Positions 1 to 8,731 of a DNA stretch of 64,000 nt are shown here, in pieces; within the stretch, counting starts at the first letter, position 1, and every line of letters begins with the position of its first letter. The notes beneath the pieces are model-generated. The model had not been told where the DNA came from. It ran no database searches and saw nothing but the letters and a program-made list of their open reading frames with translations. The stretch is from an uncultured cyanobacterium. Lineage in GTDB: Bacteria; Cyanobacteriota; Cyanobacteriia; Cyanobacteriales; CAWCAG01. The position numbers and the translations under genes are program-made. Location of the stretch: positions 1,408,001-1,472,000 of the forward strand of contig CAWCAG010000005.1 of the NCBI GenBank assembly GCA_963793425.1. The letters are read 5' to 3'.

Positions 1-3000
1 CTATGGTTTGAAAGCAGATTTGGACAAATGTTTACAGCAATTGAAAAAAAAGGGCGAGATTGAAGTTTTTCCCCTTGCTCAACGAGATATTTCTGATAAA
101 TTTCAAATTCCTCAAAAGTTATATGGCAGAGAGGCAGAAATAGATGCCTTATTGGCAGCTTTTGAGCGTACAAGCAAAGGTATTCCCCCGAATCATCTTT
201 CTACCGGAGGAGTAGAAATGATTCTGGTTGCTGGTTATTCTGGAGTTGGTAAATCGGTTTTAGTTAATGAGATTCACAAACCTATTACCGCCAAAAGAGG
301 TATTTTTATTGCGGGAAAGTATGAACAATATCAAGGAAATATCCCTTATTTTGCTATTTCCCAAGCTTTTAATGAATTTTGTAATCAACTATTAAGTGAA
401 AGTCCAGAAACTTTAAAAATTTGGCGAGAAAAAATTCTGACAGCAGTAGGAAACAACGGTCAGGTTTTAATTGAAGTAATTCCTGAATTAGCTTTGGTGA
501 TTGGACAGCAGCCTCCCTTAGCTCAAGTTAGCCCTCAAGAAGCACAAAACCGTTTCCATCTTGTCTTCCAAAACTTTGTTAAAGCGATTAGCCAAGCAGA
601 AAATCCCCTTGTTTTGTTCTTAGATGATTTGCAATGGGTAGATACAGCTTCTTTAAAATTGTTGAAGCTCTTAATGAGTGATAAGAGCTATCGCTATCTT
701 TTAATTGTGGGAGCCTACCGAGTTAATGAAGTAGATGCTACTCACCCTCTTAAAATTGCTTTAGATTCAATTGAAGCTGAAAGTGGCGTTATTTCCTCGA
801 TTCACTTAAAAAACCTGACTAAAACTGATGTTAATACTTTGTTAACAGAAGCTTTGAATTGTGAGCCGGATTATAGCCAGTCTTTAGCTGATTTAGTTTA
901 TAAGAAAACTCAAGGTAATGCTTTTTTTACTAAGGAATTTTTAAAGTCTCTTTACGAGTCTGGCTTATTAACATTTGAATTTCCTAGTATTTCTTTACTG
1001 GTGACAGGACAAAGTAAAGGTGGCTGGCAATGGAATGTCAGTCAAATTCAAGCTGAGAATATTACTGATAATGTCGTGGAGTTAATGGCGGACAAAATTT
1101 GCCATTTAGATACGGAAACTCAAACTGTATTACAGTTAGCTGCCTGTATTGGTAATAGCTTTAATCTCTCTTTATTAACCCAGCTTTATCAAAAGCAGTA
1201 TCAAGTTAAAACAGCTACTTCTCAGTCAATACTATCTGATCTCTGGCAGGCTTTGCAAGAAGGTTTAGTTGTTCCTTTAAATGAGCAGTATAAGTTAATT
1301 AATACCGAATTGTCTGGAGCAAGCAAAGAAGAGAAAATCAATTTTAATCAATTTAAAAGAGCAATCTTTAAGTTCCAACACGACCGTGTTCAACAAGCAG
1401 CTTATGCCTTAATTTCTCCTCAGAAAAGACAACAGAAAATCCATGTCCAGATTGCTGATTTACTGTTAGAAAATACTCAGCCAGAAGAGCTAGAGGAGAG
1501 CATTTTTGATATTGTTAATCAATACAATGAAGGATTGAGCTTAATCGAAGTAGAAAAAGCCATGGAGCTAGCCAGACTGAATTTAAAGGCTGGTAAAAAG
1601 GCTAAGGTGGCTACAGCTTATGAACCGGCGGTTAAATATCTAAATATTGGTCTAGATTTATTAAGTGAGCAGAGTTGGCAAACTGAATACGATTTAACTT
1701 TTGCTTTGCATATAGAAGCAATAGAAGCTGAATACTTAAATACCAACTTTGAGCAAGCCAAATTTCTTACTGATATTGTTTTAAGTAATGCTAATACTGT
1801 ATTAGATAAAGTCAAAGTTTACGAAAATCAAATCCTCTTTTATATTACTCAAAATGAACAGCAAACTGCTATTCATATTGGCTTACGAGTACTGGAGATG
1901 TTGGAGGTTTCTCTTTACGATTCTCCTCCCCCAAACTTGGATATTAACAAGTTAGCTAGCTTGCCAGAAATGGCTGATCCAGATAAGTTGGCAGCTATGC
2001 GAATCTTGATGACTATTGCGGTTCCTGCTTACATTGCTAATCCGACAATGTTACCGCAAATTTTGTTTACGATGATTGATTTATGCGTCAATTATGGTAA
2101 CTCGCCTTCAGCACCTGTAGCCTATGCTTTTTATGGTTCCTTGCTTTGTACCATGTTCTCAGATATAGAGACAGGTTATCAATTTGGGCATTTAGCTTTA
2201 GAAGTATTAGAAAAGTTTGCGACGAGGGAAATAAAATGCAAAGTAGACTATTTATTTAATTCTTTTATTTTTCATTGGAAAGAATCTGCTAATTCTGCCA
2301 TAGAACCATTACGAGAAACTATTCAAGTAGGTTTAGAAACTGGAGATATTGAATTTGCTTGTTATGGTGCTGTGGAATATTGTTCCAATCTTTTGTTATT
2401 AGGACAGCCTTTAGATTATATTAGCCAGCAGCATCAACAATATATTGATTTGATTAGGAAAAATAAGCAAGGATATTCTTTAGCTTACGTAAAAATCTGG
2501 AGCCAGTTGGTTGAAAGTTTAAGAGGTAATTCAGAAAATCAACAACAATTAGTTGGAGAAGAATTTGATGAAGTAACGATGTTGCCAAGGTTACTTCAAA
2601 CTAATAACTTAAACTTAGTTTTCCAGGTTTATTTAGCTAAAACTATTTTAAGTTACTTATTTAAAGACTATTCAGCAGCCATGACCCATGCTTCTTTAGG
2701 AGCCAATTATGAGCCTTCTGTAGTGGGTTTATTTAATGTTGCTCAGCATAACTTCTACTATTCTTTAGCTTTACTGGCTAACTGTACTAAAAATAATGAA
2801 AGTAGGAAAGAGCAGTTTTTAAAGAAAGTTGTTGCTAATCAACAGAAAATGAGCATTTGGTCTAACCATGCTCCGATGAATTTTTTACATAAATATGAAT
2901 TAGTAGAAGCAGAAAAAGCACGAGTTTCAAATCAATATTGGCAAGCCGCAGAACTTTATGAAAATGCTATCAAAAACGCTAGGGAATCTGGCTATACTCA

Positions 3001-4624
3001 AGATGAAGCCTTAGCTTATGAGTTGGCCGCAGAATTTTATTTAAGTCGTGGCATGGCAGAAGTTGGGCAGCTTTATATGACAAAAGCTCATTACAGCTAT
3101 CAACATTGGCAAGCTACCGCTAAAGTAAAAGATTTGGAAAAGAGGCATCCTCAGTTGTTTTCTTCAACTCCTATAGTTCCTAATAAGCTTAAAAATAACT
3201 CTACAATCGCGACAACAGATCCTTCTAACCTTTTAGATATAACCAGTGTTCTTAAAGCTTCTCAAGCATTAGGTAGCGAGATTGTTTTAGACAAATTGCT
3301 GACGCGAATGATGAAAATTGTGATAGAAAATGCGGGGGCAGATAGGGGCTTTCTTTTATTAAATAAATCTGATGGCTGGGTAATTGAAGCCATGGGAACT
3401 ATTGGTGAAGAAAAAATTACCATAGAACAATTACCATTAGAAGATGCTCAACAGCAATCTCGCTTACCTAAAACTATTATTAATTATGTAAGTCATACTC
3501 ACAAAAATCTTGTCTTAGGAGATGCTGTTCAGGTGGGTGCTTTCACCCAAGATCCCTATATTATAAGTCATAAACCTAAATCAATTCTCTGTACACCTTT
3601 ACTCAACCAAGGAACATTAGTAGGTATTGTTTATTTAGAGAATAGTTTGATTGCAGAAGCTTTTACCCCAGATCGCTCAGAGCTTCTCCATTTACTTTCT
3701 TCTCAAGCTGCTATTTCTCTAGAGAATGCCCGCTCCTACAGCCGTCAAGTGGAACTGACAGATTCCTATAGTCGTTTTGTTCCCGCTGAGTATTTAGAGT
3801 TTTTGCAAAAGAAAAGTATTACCCAAGTAAAGTTAGGGGATCATGTTAGTAAAGAGATGGCAGTGATGTTTTCTGATATTCGCTCCTTCACTGCCATTTC
3901 TGAAAATATGACTCCCCAAGAAAACTTTGATTTTGTCAACAATTATCTTAGGGAAGTAAGTCCCAAAATCCGTGGCAATGATGGTTTCATTGTTAAATAT
4001 TTAGGGGATGGGATGATGGCTGTTTTTCCGAATGGGGCTGACAATGCTTTAGCGGCCGGAATTGCTAAACTGCAACAGGTGGAAATATATAATCGTCAGC
4101 GTCAAGAAAATAACCAACCTCCGATTAAAGTAGGAGTTGGCATACACGTTGGTCATATGATGGTAGGAATGGTGGGAGAAACTGCCCGTATGCAAGGAGA
4201 TGCTTTTTCTGATAATGTCAATCTCACAGCCCGTTTAGAAAGTTTGACTAAGTTCTATGGTGTTTCTTTAGTGATTAGCGAGACTACGAAAGAAAGGTTG
4301 AGCAATCCTCAGCAATATAAAATACGTTTCCTTGATAAAGTTATTCTTAAAGGTAAGAAAAATCCTATCGCCATTTTTGAAGTATTAGATGGCAACAACC
4401 CAGAGGATATTGCAGCTAAGTTAGCAACTCAAGGAGATTTTGAAAAAGGTTTGGAGTGCTATCGTTTAGGGGCAGTAGCAGAAGCAGAAGGCTACTTTAA
4501 GCAAGTTTTAACCAGCAACCCCAATGACAGTGTTTCTCAGCTTTATTTGGAGCGAGTAGAGGAACTTAAAAAAGAAGGTGTACCTAAAAATTGGGATGGG
4601 GTTTGGAGTTTGAAGCGGAAATAG
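1..4624 (+). CDS. 5'-partial multidomain protein: STAND/AAA ATPase, helical repeats, GAF, class III adenylate/guanylate cyclase (an N-terminal Ser/Thr kinase probably lies upstream of the window)
   Basis: Frame is open from the window edge (YGLKADLDKC). Walker A GYSGVGKS, Walker B LFLDDLQWVD, FQHDRVQQAAY, GAF region (SILCTPLLNQGTLVGIVYLEN), cyclase motifs MFSDIRSFT, KYLGDGMM, DNVNLTARLES. Confidence 0.9.
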   Translation, partial: YGLKADLDKCLQQLKKKGEIEVFPLAQRDISDKFQIPQKLYGREAEIDALLAAFERTSKGIPPNHLSTGGVEMILVAGYSGVGKSVLVNEIHKPITAKRGIFIAGKYEQYQGNIPYFAISQAFNEFCNQLLSESPETLKIWREKILTAVGNNGQVLIEVIPELALVIGQQPPLAQVSPQEAQNRFHLVFQNFVKAISQAENPLVLFLDDLQWVDTASLKLLKLLMSDKSYRYLLIVGAYRVNEVDATHPLKIALDSIEAESGVISSIHLKNLTKTDVNTLLTEALNCEPDYSQSLADLVYKKTQGNAFFTKEFLKSLYESGLLTFEFPSISLLVTGQSKGGWQWNVSQIQAENITDNVVELMADKICHLDTETQTVLQLAACIGNSFNLSLLTQLYQKQYQVKTATSQSILSDLWQALQEGLVVPLNEQYKLINTELSGASKEEKINFNQFKRAIFKFQHDRVQQAAYALISPQKRQQKIHVQIADLLLENTQPEELEESIFDIVNQYNEGLSLIEVEKAMELARLNLKAGKKAKVATAYEPAVKYLNIGLDLLSEQSWQTEYDLTFALHIEAIEAEYLNTNFEQAKFLTDIVLSNANTVLDKVKVYENQILFYITQNEQQTAIHIGLRVLEMLEVSLYDSPPPNLDINKLASLPEMADPDKLAAMRILMTIAVPAYIANPTMLPQILFTMIDLCVNYGNSPSAPVAYAFYGSLLCTMFSDIETGYQFGHLALEVLEKFATREIKCKVDYLFNSFIFHWKESANSAIEPLRETIQVGLETGDIEFACYGAVEYCSNLLLLGQPLDYISQQHQQYIDLIRKNKQGYSLAYVKIWSQLVESLRGNSENQQQLVGEEFDEVTMLPRLLQTNNLNLVFQVYLAKTILSYLFKDYSAAMTHASLGANYEPSVVGLFNVAQHNFYYSLALLANCTKNNESRKEQFLKKVVANQQKMSIWSNHAPMNFLHKYELVEAEKARVSNQYWQAAELYENAIKNARESGYTQDEALAYELAAEFYLSRGMAEVGQLYMTKAHYSYQHWQATAKVKDLEKRHPQLFSSTPIVPNKLKNNSTIATTDPSNLLDITSVLKASQALGSEIVLDKLLTRMMKIVIENAGADRGFLLLNKSDGWVIEAMGTIGEEKITIEQLPLEDAQQQSRLPKTIINYVSHTHKNLVLGDAVQVGAFTQDPYIISHKPKSILCTPLLNQGTLVGIVYLENSLIAEAFTPDRSELLHLLSSQAAISLENARSYSRQVELTDSYSRFVPAEYLEFLQKKSITQVKLGDHVSKEMAVMFSDIRSFTAISENMTPQENFDFVNNYLREVSPKIRGNDGFIVKYLGDGMMAVFPNGADNALAAGIAKLQQVEIYNRQRQENNQPPIKVGVGIHVGHMMVGMVGETARMQGDAFSDNVNLTARLESLTKFYGVSLVISETTKERLSNPQQYKIRFLDKVILKGKKNPIAIFEVLDGNNPEDIAAKLATQGDFEKGLECYRLGAVAEAEGYFKQVLTSNPNDSVSQLYLERVEELKKEGVPKNWDGVWSLKRK

Positions 4625-4767
4625 TTGTTCACATAAATAGCACCGGAAACACCATCACCTGGAAGTAATGACTCATTTGCAGCGTCAACAATTACGTCCA
4701 CTTTTTGATGTGTGATATCTCCCTGTTGTATCTCTATTTGCTCTTTAATTACTTTTGTCTCTACCAT
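4625..4767 (-). pseudogene. Truncated macro-domain (ADP-ribose binding/hydrolase, YmdB-like) gene
   Basis: ATG at 4767 preceded by GGGAGG. Translates MVETKVIKEQIEIQQGDITHQKVDVIVDAANESLLPGDGVSGAIY (macro N-terminal GDIT...AAN...G.GV..AI motifs), then similarity ends at the cyclase stop. Confidence 0.8.
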
Positions 4768-4969
4768 CAGGATATTCCTCCCTAAATCTCTGGAGAATAG
4801 ACTTATCAGTTGCTTCGTAGACAATAGAATTTTTTTGTCCAAGGACAGGCTTAATATGCTTGACTTCACCTGAAACTATGGGAAGGGGGATTGGCTCAGA
4901 TGCAAATGCAGCGCAGGAGCCATCAAATTGAAAGTGCTTGCAGTATTTGCATCCTTTATATTCTGCCAT
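4745..4969 (-). CDS. Small Cys-rich putative metal-binding protein, phage-like
   Basis: 74 aa with pattern CKYCKH...CAAF...IP..I..G...H..P..GQ.N.IVYE; overlaps the start of the macro gene. Confidence 0.65.
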   Translation of the reverse strand: MAEYKGCKYCKHFQFDGSCAAFASEPIPLPIVSGEVKHIKPVLGQKNSIVYEATDKSILQRFREEYPDGRDKSN

Positions 4970-5006
4970 TAAATTGTCTTTCTTCGTGTAGTTACAGATT
5001 GTTCAA

Positions 5007-5090
5007 TGCGATCGCCTATTTTATTTCGATTAATTCTGGTGGGCAAAGATAGATGAGTTTCTGAAGCTAATTCAACGACTGAATCTTGCC
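5007..5090 (+). repeat. Direct repeat A, copy 1 (HIP1 followed by a REP-like GGTGGGCAA...TTGCC hairpin)
   Basis: 84 bp matching 8314-8397 with 2 mismatches by manual alignment. Confidence 0.95.
5008..5015. repeat. HIP1 octamer GCGATCGC (representative copy; dispersed through the window)
   Basis: Also at 5218, 8114, 8315, 13928 and many coding positions; hallmark of many cyanobacterial genomes. Confidence 0.95.
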
Positions 5091-5216
5091 AACCTATTAG
5101 TAATTGATTTGCTATTAGACATATTATGATGGGCAAATAAATAATAAATTTGATTGTCCATCCTAACGAAGGTATTTTGCCCACCCTACCTAAAAGCTTG
5201 AGATATACCATCTGAA

Positions 5217-5253
5217 TGCGATCGCATTCATTAAAGCTTGCCAGAGATAAAGT
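5217..5253 (+). repeat. Direct repeat B, copy 1 (HIP1-anchored, 37 bp)
   Basis: TGCGATCGCATTCATTAAAGCTTGCCAGAGATAAAGT versus TGCGATCGCATTTATCAAAGCTTGCTAGAAAAAAAGT at 8113-8149; 5 mismatches. Confidence 0.85.
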
Positions 5254-5304
5254 CAGATTAGTTCGTTGGCTTGAGTAAATATAGTCACATGGAAGAACTT
5301 AAAG

Positions 5305-5559
5305 ATGAAGAATAGTGCGCCTCTGTTAGTTGAAGAAACAAACCTCTCGCGTATGTGGGCTACTGTATTTCTGCATATTATTGATAATTCTGGAAAAGAG
5401 ATTTCGCCACTTATAGTAACTTTAACGGGCTTGACATTTGGGCGTATGAACTGTTTCGTTGGTGTAGCAAAGCTAGATACCATCACTAAATCAGATGATA
5501 GTTTAACTACTCTCAAAAAGGTAGCTCGAAATGCGCTGCCCTCAACTACTAACGAATAA
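5305..5559 (+). pseudogene. Internally deleted thymidylate-synthase-like gene remnant
   Basis: N-terminal part (PLLVEETNLSRMWATVFLHIIDNSGKEISPLIVTLTG) joined in frame to a C-terminal-like part (LTFGRMNCFVGVAKL). Resembles, from memory, the TS-like genes preceding aGPT-Pplase1/MazG pairs; only 84 aa. Confidence 0.5.
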
Positions 5560-5578
5560 ACAGTAGAGGGAATACAAC

Positions 5579-6706
5579 ATGAAAACTAAACCTCAGAAAC
5601 ACACAACTAAAAATGCTCAGCAACACAAACAACTAAGTCTTGACTTTGGCCAATATGATTCTGAACAAAGCTCAACACCAAAGATTATTTCATATCTTCC
5701 TGGTGCTAAGCCTACAATTGTATTCAACACTTACTGGCGATTTGCTGCTGAACGGCAAAAAGTATTTTTCAAAAAGTTAGAAAATGCCCCAATACCTTGG
5801 ACTGACGACCCAATTGTTTCAACCTACAAGTTTACCAATGCTTACCGCGCTTCAGATCGTGTAAGCCAGTATTTGATCCGTAATGTCATTTACCAGAATG
5901 ATCTGCCATCATCATCTAACGAGGTATTCTTTAGGATTATCCTTTTCAAAATATTCAATAAGATCGAGACTTGGCAGCTTTTAGAAAAAAAGCTTGGTTC
6001 CCTTGTTTACGCTGAATATTCCTTTGAACGCTATGATCAAGTTCTCACAGAGGCCATTCAGTCAGGCCAAGCTATCTATTCTGCTGCATACATAATGCCA
6101 TCAGGAGGAACAAGCTTTGGACATATAGCGAAACATCGTAACTACCTCAAGCTAATCGAGAAAATGATGGCTGAGGAGCTACCAAAAAAGCTTGCTGATG
6201 CCCAGAATATGCAGCAAGGATTCGATTTGCTGCGAGGATATCCAACTATTGGCGACTTTTTGGCTTATCAGTTTATTACTGATGTTAACTATAGTGAAAT
6301 TACGAACTTTAGCGAAATGGATTTTGTGATTCCTGGCCCTGGGGCGCTAGATGGTATTCGTAAATGCTTTAGTGATTTGGGCGGACTGAGCGAACCAGAA
6401 ATTATAGAGCGCATGGGAGAGAATCAAGAGTCTGAGTTTGAGCGACTAGGACTGAATTTTCAGTCTCTCTGGGGAAGAAGGCTACAATTGATTGATTGCC
6501 AAAATCTATTTTGCGAGGTCGATAAATATGCTCGCATGAAACATCCCGGTATTGCTGGAATATCAGGTCGCTCTCGTATCAAACAAAAATACTCAGGTAA
6601 AGGACAATTTCTAGATTTCTGGTATCCACCTAAATGGGGAATTAATCAGGCTATTGAAAAATACAAAACAGTTGCTAAAGTTCATACTCCGTTGAAGTCT
6701 AAATAG
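5579..6706 (+). CDS. 5-hmdU DNA kinase helical-domain protein (aGPT-Pplase1 family)
   Basis: YWRFAAERQ...PWTDDP...YKFTNAYRASDRVSQYLI, LFKIFNKIETW, YSAAYIM, GDFLAYQFITD, GPGALDG, DCQNLFCEVDKY. Confidence 0.85.
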   Translation: MKTKPQKHTTKNAQQHKQLSLDFGQYDSEQSSTPKIISYLPGAKPTIVFNTYWRFAAERQKVFFKKLENAPIPWTDDPIVSTYKFTNAYRASDRVSQYLIRNVIYQNDLPSSSNEVFFRIILFKIFNKIETWQLLEKKLGSLVYAEYSFERYDQVLTEAIQSGQAIYSAAYIMPSGGTSFGHIAKHRNYLKLIEKMMAEELPKKLADAQNMQQGFDLLRGYPTIGDFLAYQFITDVNYSEITNFSEMDFVIPGPGALDGIRKCFSDLGGLSEPEIIERMGENQESEFERLGLNFQSLWGRRLQLIDCQNLFCEVDKYARMKHPGIAGISGRSRIKQKYSGKGQFLDFWYPPKWGINQAIEKYKTVAKVHTPLKSK

Positions 6707-6715
6707 AATCTCAAG

Positions 6716-7594
6716 GTGTCAAGCATGGATTTTCGTGAATATCAGGAACAAGCCCAAAAGACGGATCAAGTTCCCGGTAAAGAAGGAAAAGGAATAACTG
6801 TACCTCTGTTGGGCTTAGTTGGAGAAGCAGGGGAATTGCTCAGTGAATACAAAAAGTACTTACGGGACGGAGAAGCCCATAGGCTTTTTCCAGAACGTGC
6901 TGCCGAAGAGTTGGGGGATATGCTTTGGTATATTGCCAATTTATCTAGCAAGTTTGATCTTAGTCTGGAAAAAATTGCTGAAGACAATATTGAGAAAATA
7001 TTTGATCGTTGGGGATGGAAAAATTCACTACAAACACAGATACACATATTTGACAGTAATTTTCCTGGAAATGAGCGTTTACCACGTCAGTTTGATGTTG
7101 ATCTCACAGAGGTAAACGGAAACAACTCCGTAAAAATGAGAGCATTTGTCAACGGAAAACAAATTGGTGACGACCTCACTGATAATTCTTACTCAAACGA
7201 TGGTTATCGCTTTCATGATATTTTCCATCTTTCCTATGCCGCAGTATTAGGGTGGTCACCAGTCATGCGTCGCAATCTTAAATGTAAGCGAAAAAGTGAC
7301 CCTAGTATTGATGAAGTAGAAGATGGCGGTCGTGCGATCGCAATTGAAGAGGGTATATCAGCCCTTGTATTCAGCTATGCCAAAGACCATCAGTTTTTAG
7401 AAGGAGTTGATACTCTTGACTACCAGTTGCTCAAAACTATTAAAACTATGACTTATTACTTAGAAGTCTCTCAATGTTCCCTTGGTGATTGGGAAAAAGC
7501 TATCCTGAGTGGATACGAAGTCTGGCGAGAAATAGTAGAAAATGGAGGTGGGGAAGTGACTGTAAATCTTGATCAACGTACCTTAAGACGATAA
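6716..7594 (+). CDS. MazG-like nucleotide pyrophosphohydrolase with MazG_C domain
   Basis: GLVGEAGEL...EELGDMLWY (MazG fold); GDDLTDNSY..DGYRFHDIFHLSYAAVLGWSPV and DEVEDGGRAIAIEEG (C-terminal domain); 9 bp after the upstream gene. Confidence 0.9.
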   Translation: MSSMDFREYQEQAQKTDQVPGKEGKGITVPLLGLVGEAGELLSEYKKYLRDGEAHRLFPERAAEELGDMLWYIANLSSKFDLSLEKIAEDNIEKIFDRWGWKNSLQTQIHIFDSNFPGNERLPRQFDVDLTEVNGNNSVKMRAFVNGKQIGDDLTDNSYSNDGYRFHDIFHLSYAAVLGWSPVMRRNLKCKRKSDPSIDEVEDGGRAIAIEEGISALVFSYAKDHQFLEGVDTLDYQLLKTIKTMTYYLEVSQCSLGDWEKAILSGYEVWREIVENGGGEVTVNLDQRTLRR

Positions 7595-7612
7595 AAGTTT
7601 AAAGTTATTAAC

Positions 7613-8089
7613 TTAAGCTCGATAAAGCATAGGCTTTGTACTGCTTTTAAGATACAGTGGATGAAATGGACAGCCTCCTTGAGTGATTCCCAAACAGTAT
7701 AAGGGTTTAAAGCCAGTTATCCTCTCAAGAACATCCGTACAACGGTTCCTTAAAATGCCCCGATTTCCCCAAGCTACAATGATTTTATCTGCTGATTTAA
7801 CAGACTTTTCGAGGTAGCAATCATTTTCAGGTCCTACTGGATCTTTGACATTTTGCAGAGTTACTGGTTTTGAGGCCCGATAACCAAATAGGTTAACCAC
7901 TTCAAGGGAACCATAACCCCAAGACTGAGCGAAACCGATGCAGCGACGCAGGGTAGGATCATCCTTCGTTGCATCTGCGCGACTGGGGTTAAGCATAATA
8001 AAGGTGAGTTTAGGAGCATTTGTGTCCCATTCCCGCAAGAGCCAGTAGCGGTAGTATTCTGTTGAGTCTATTACTACATCTTTTATCAT
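7613..8089 (-). CDS. DUF1643 family protein
   Basis: YRYWLLREW...FIMLNPSRADATKDDPTLRRCIGFA..WGY..LEVVNLF...AWG...HPLY. Confidence 0.9.
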   Translation of the reverse strand: MIKDVVIDSTEYYRYWLLREWDTNAPKLTFIMLNPSRADATKDDPTLRRCIGFAQSWGYGSLEVVNLFGYRASKPVTLQNVKDPVGPENDCYLEKSVKSADKIIVAWGNRGILRNRCTDVLERITGFKPLYCLGITQGGCPFHPLYLKSSTKPMLYRA

Positions 8090-8112
8090 AGTTGCTTGTA
8101 AGATGGTGAAGT

Positions 8113-8149
8113 TGCGATCGCATTTATCAAAGCTTGCTAGAAAAAAAGT
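8113..8149 (+). repeat. Direct repeat B, copy 2
   Basis: Matches 5217-5253. Confidence 0.85.
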
Positions 8150-8313
8150 ATGAGTGCTTCATCCCTTCTTCAAACCACAACTAAGCTACCCCATAGCCTG
8201 TATAAGGGCGTTTATAACTTGATAGACTGCTTTAGCTTTTTTATATTTTTGGAAAGTAAAAAATTTAATAGCTCAGTATTAGTATACATATTAGTTGCCA
8301 CCTCTATCTTTAG

Positions 8314-8406
8314 TGCGATCGCCTATTTTATTTCGATTAATTCTGGTGGGCAAAGACAGATGAGTTTCTGAAGCTAATTCAACTACTGAATCTTGCCCAC
8401 CCTACG
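8314..8406 (+). repeat. Direct repeat A, copy 2, ending in REP-like TTGCCCACCCTAC
   Basis: Matches 5007-5090; internal inverted repeat GGTGGGCAA...TTGCCCACC. Confidence 0.95.
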
Positions 8407-8731
8407 CAGACAAAAGTTATACGAAAAATAGACGTGAAAGTCTACAGCTTTCCTAGAAAATGAACTAAATCAGCTTATTTTGTAGGGAAATTATGCAGTT
8501 ACCAATGCAACTATCTTGGAAAAGGGTTTTGAGTTTGTTTTCTGTGATCGCTTTAATATCTTTATGTGTACCTGTTCGTAGTTATGGCTTTTCTTCAAGT
8601 GATGTTGATATTCGTTTGAGTAGTTTAGCGATTATGAGTGCTACTCTCAAATACGTCAGGCTTTAAAGGCTTGGATTATCAATGAAAGCTGATTTCGAGG
8701 TTATACCTTCCCCAATGATCACAATTTCTCC

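Noticed and set aside
8150..8371. 73-aa ORF, and most of the 80-aa ORF at 4969-5211
   Set aside because: They read through repeat A and low-complexity AT-rich DNA with no protein motif; only the last residues of 4969-5211 may be a gene tail
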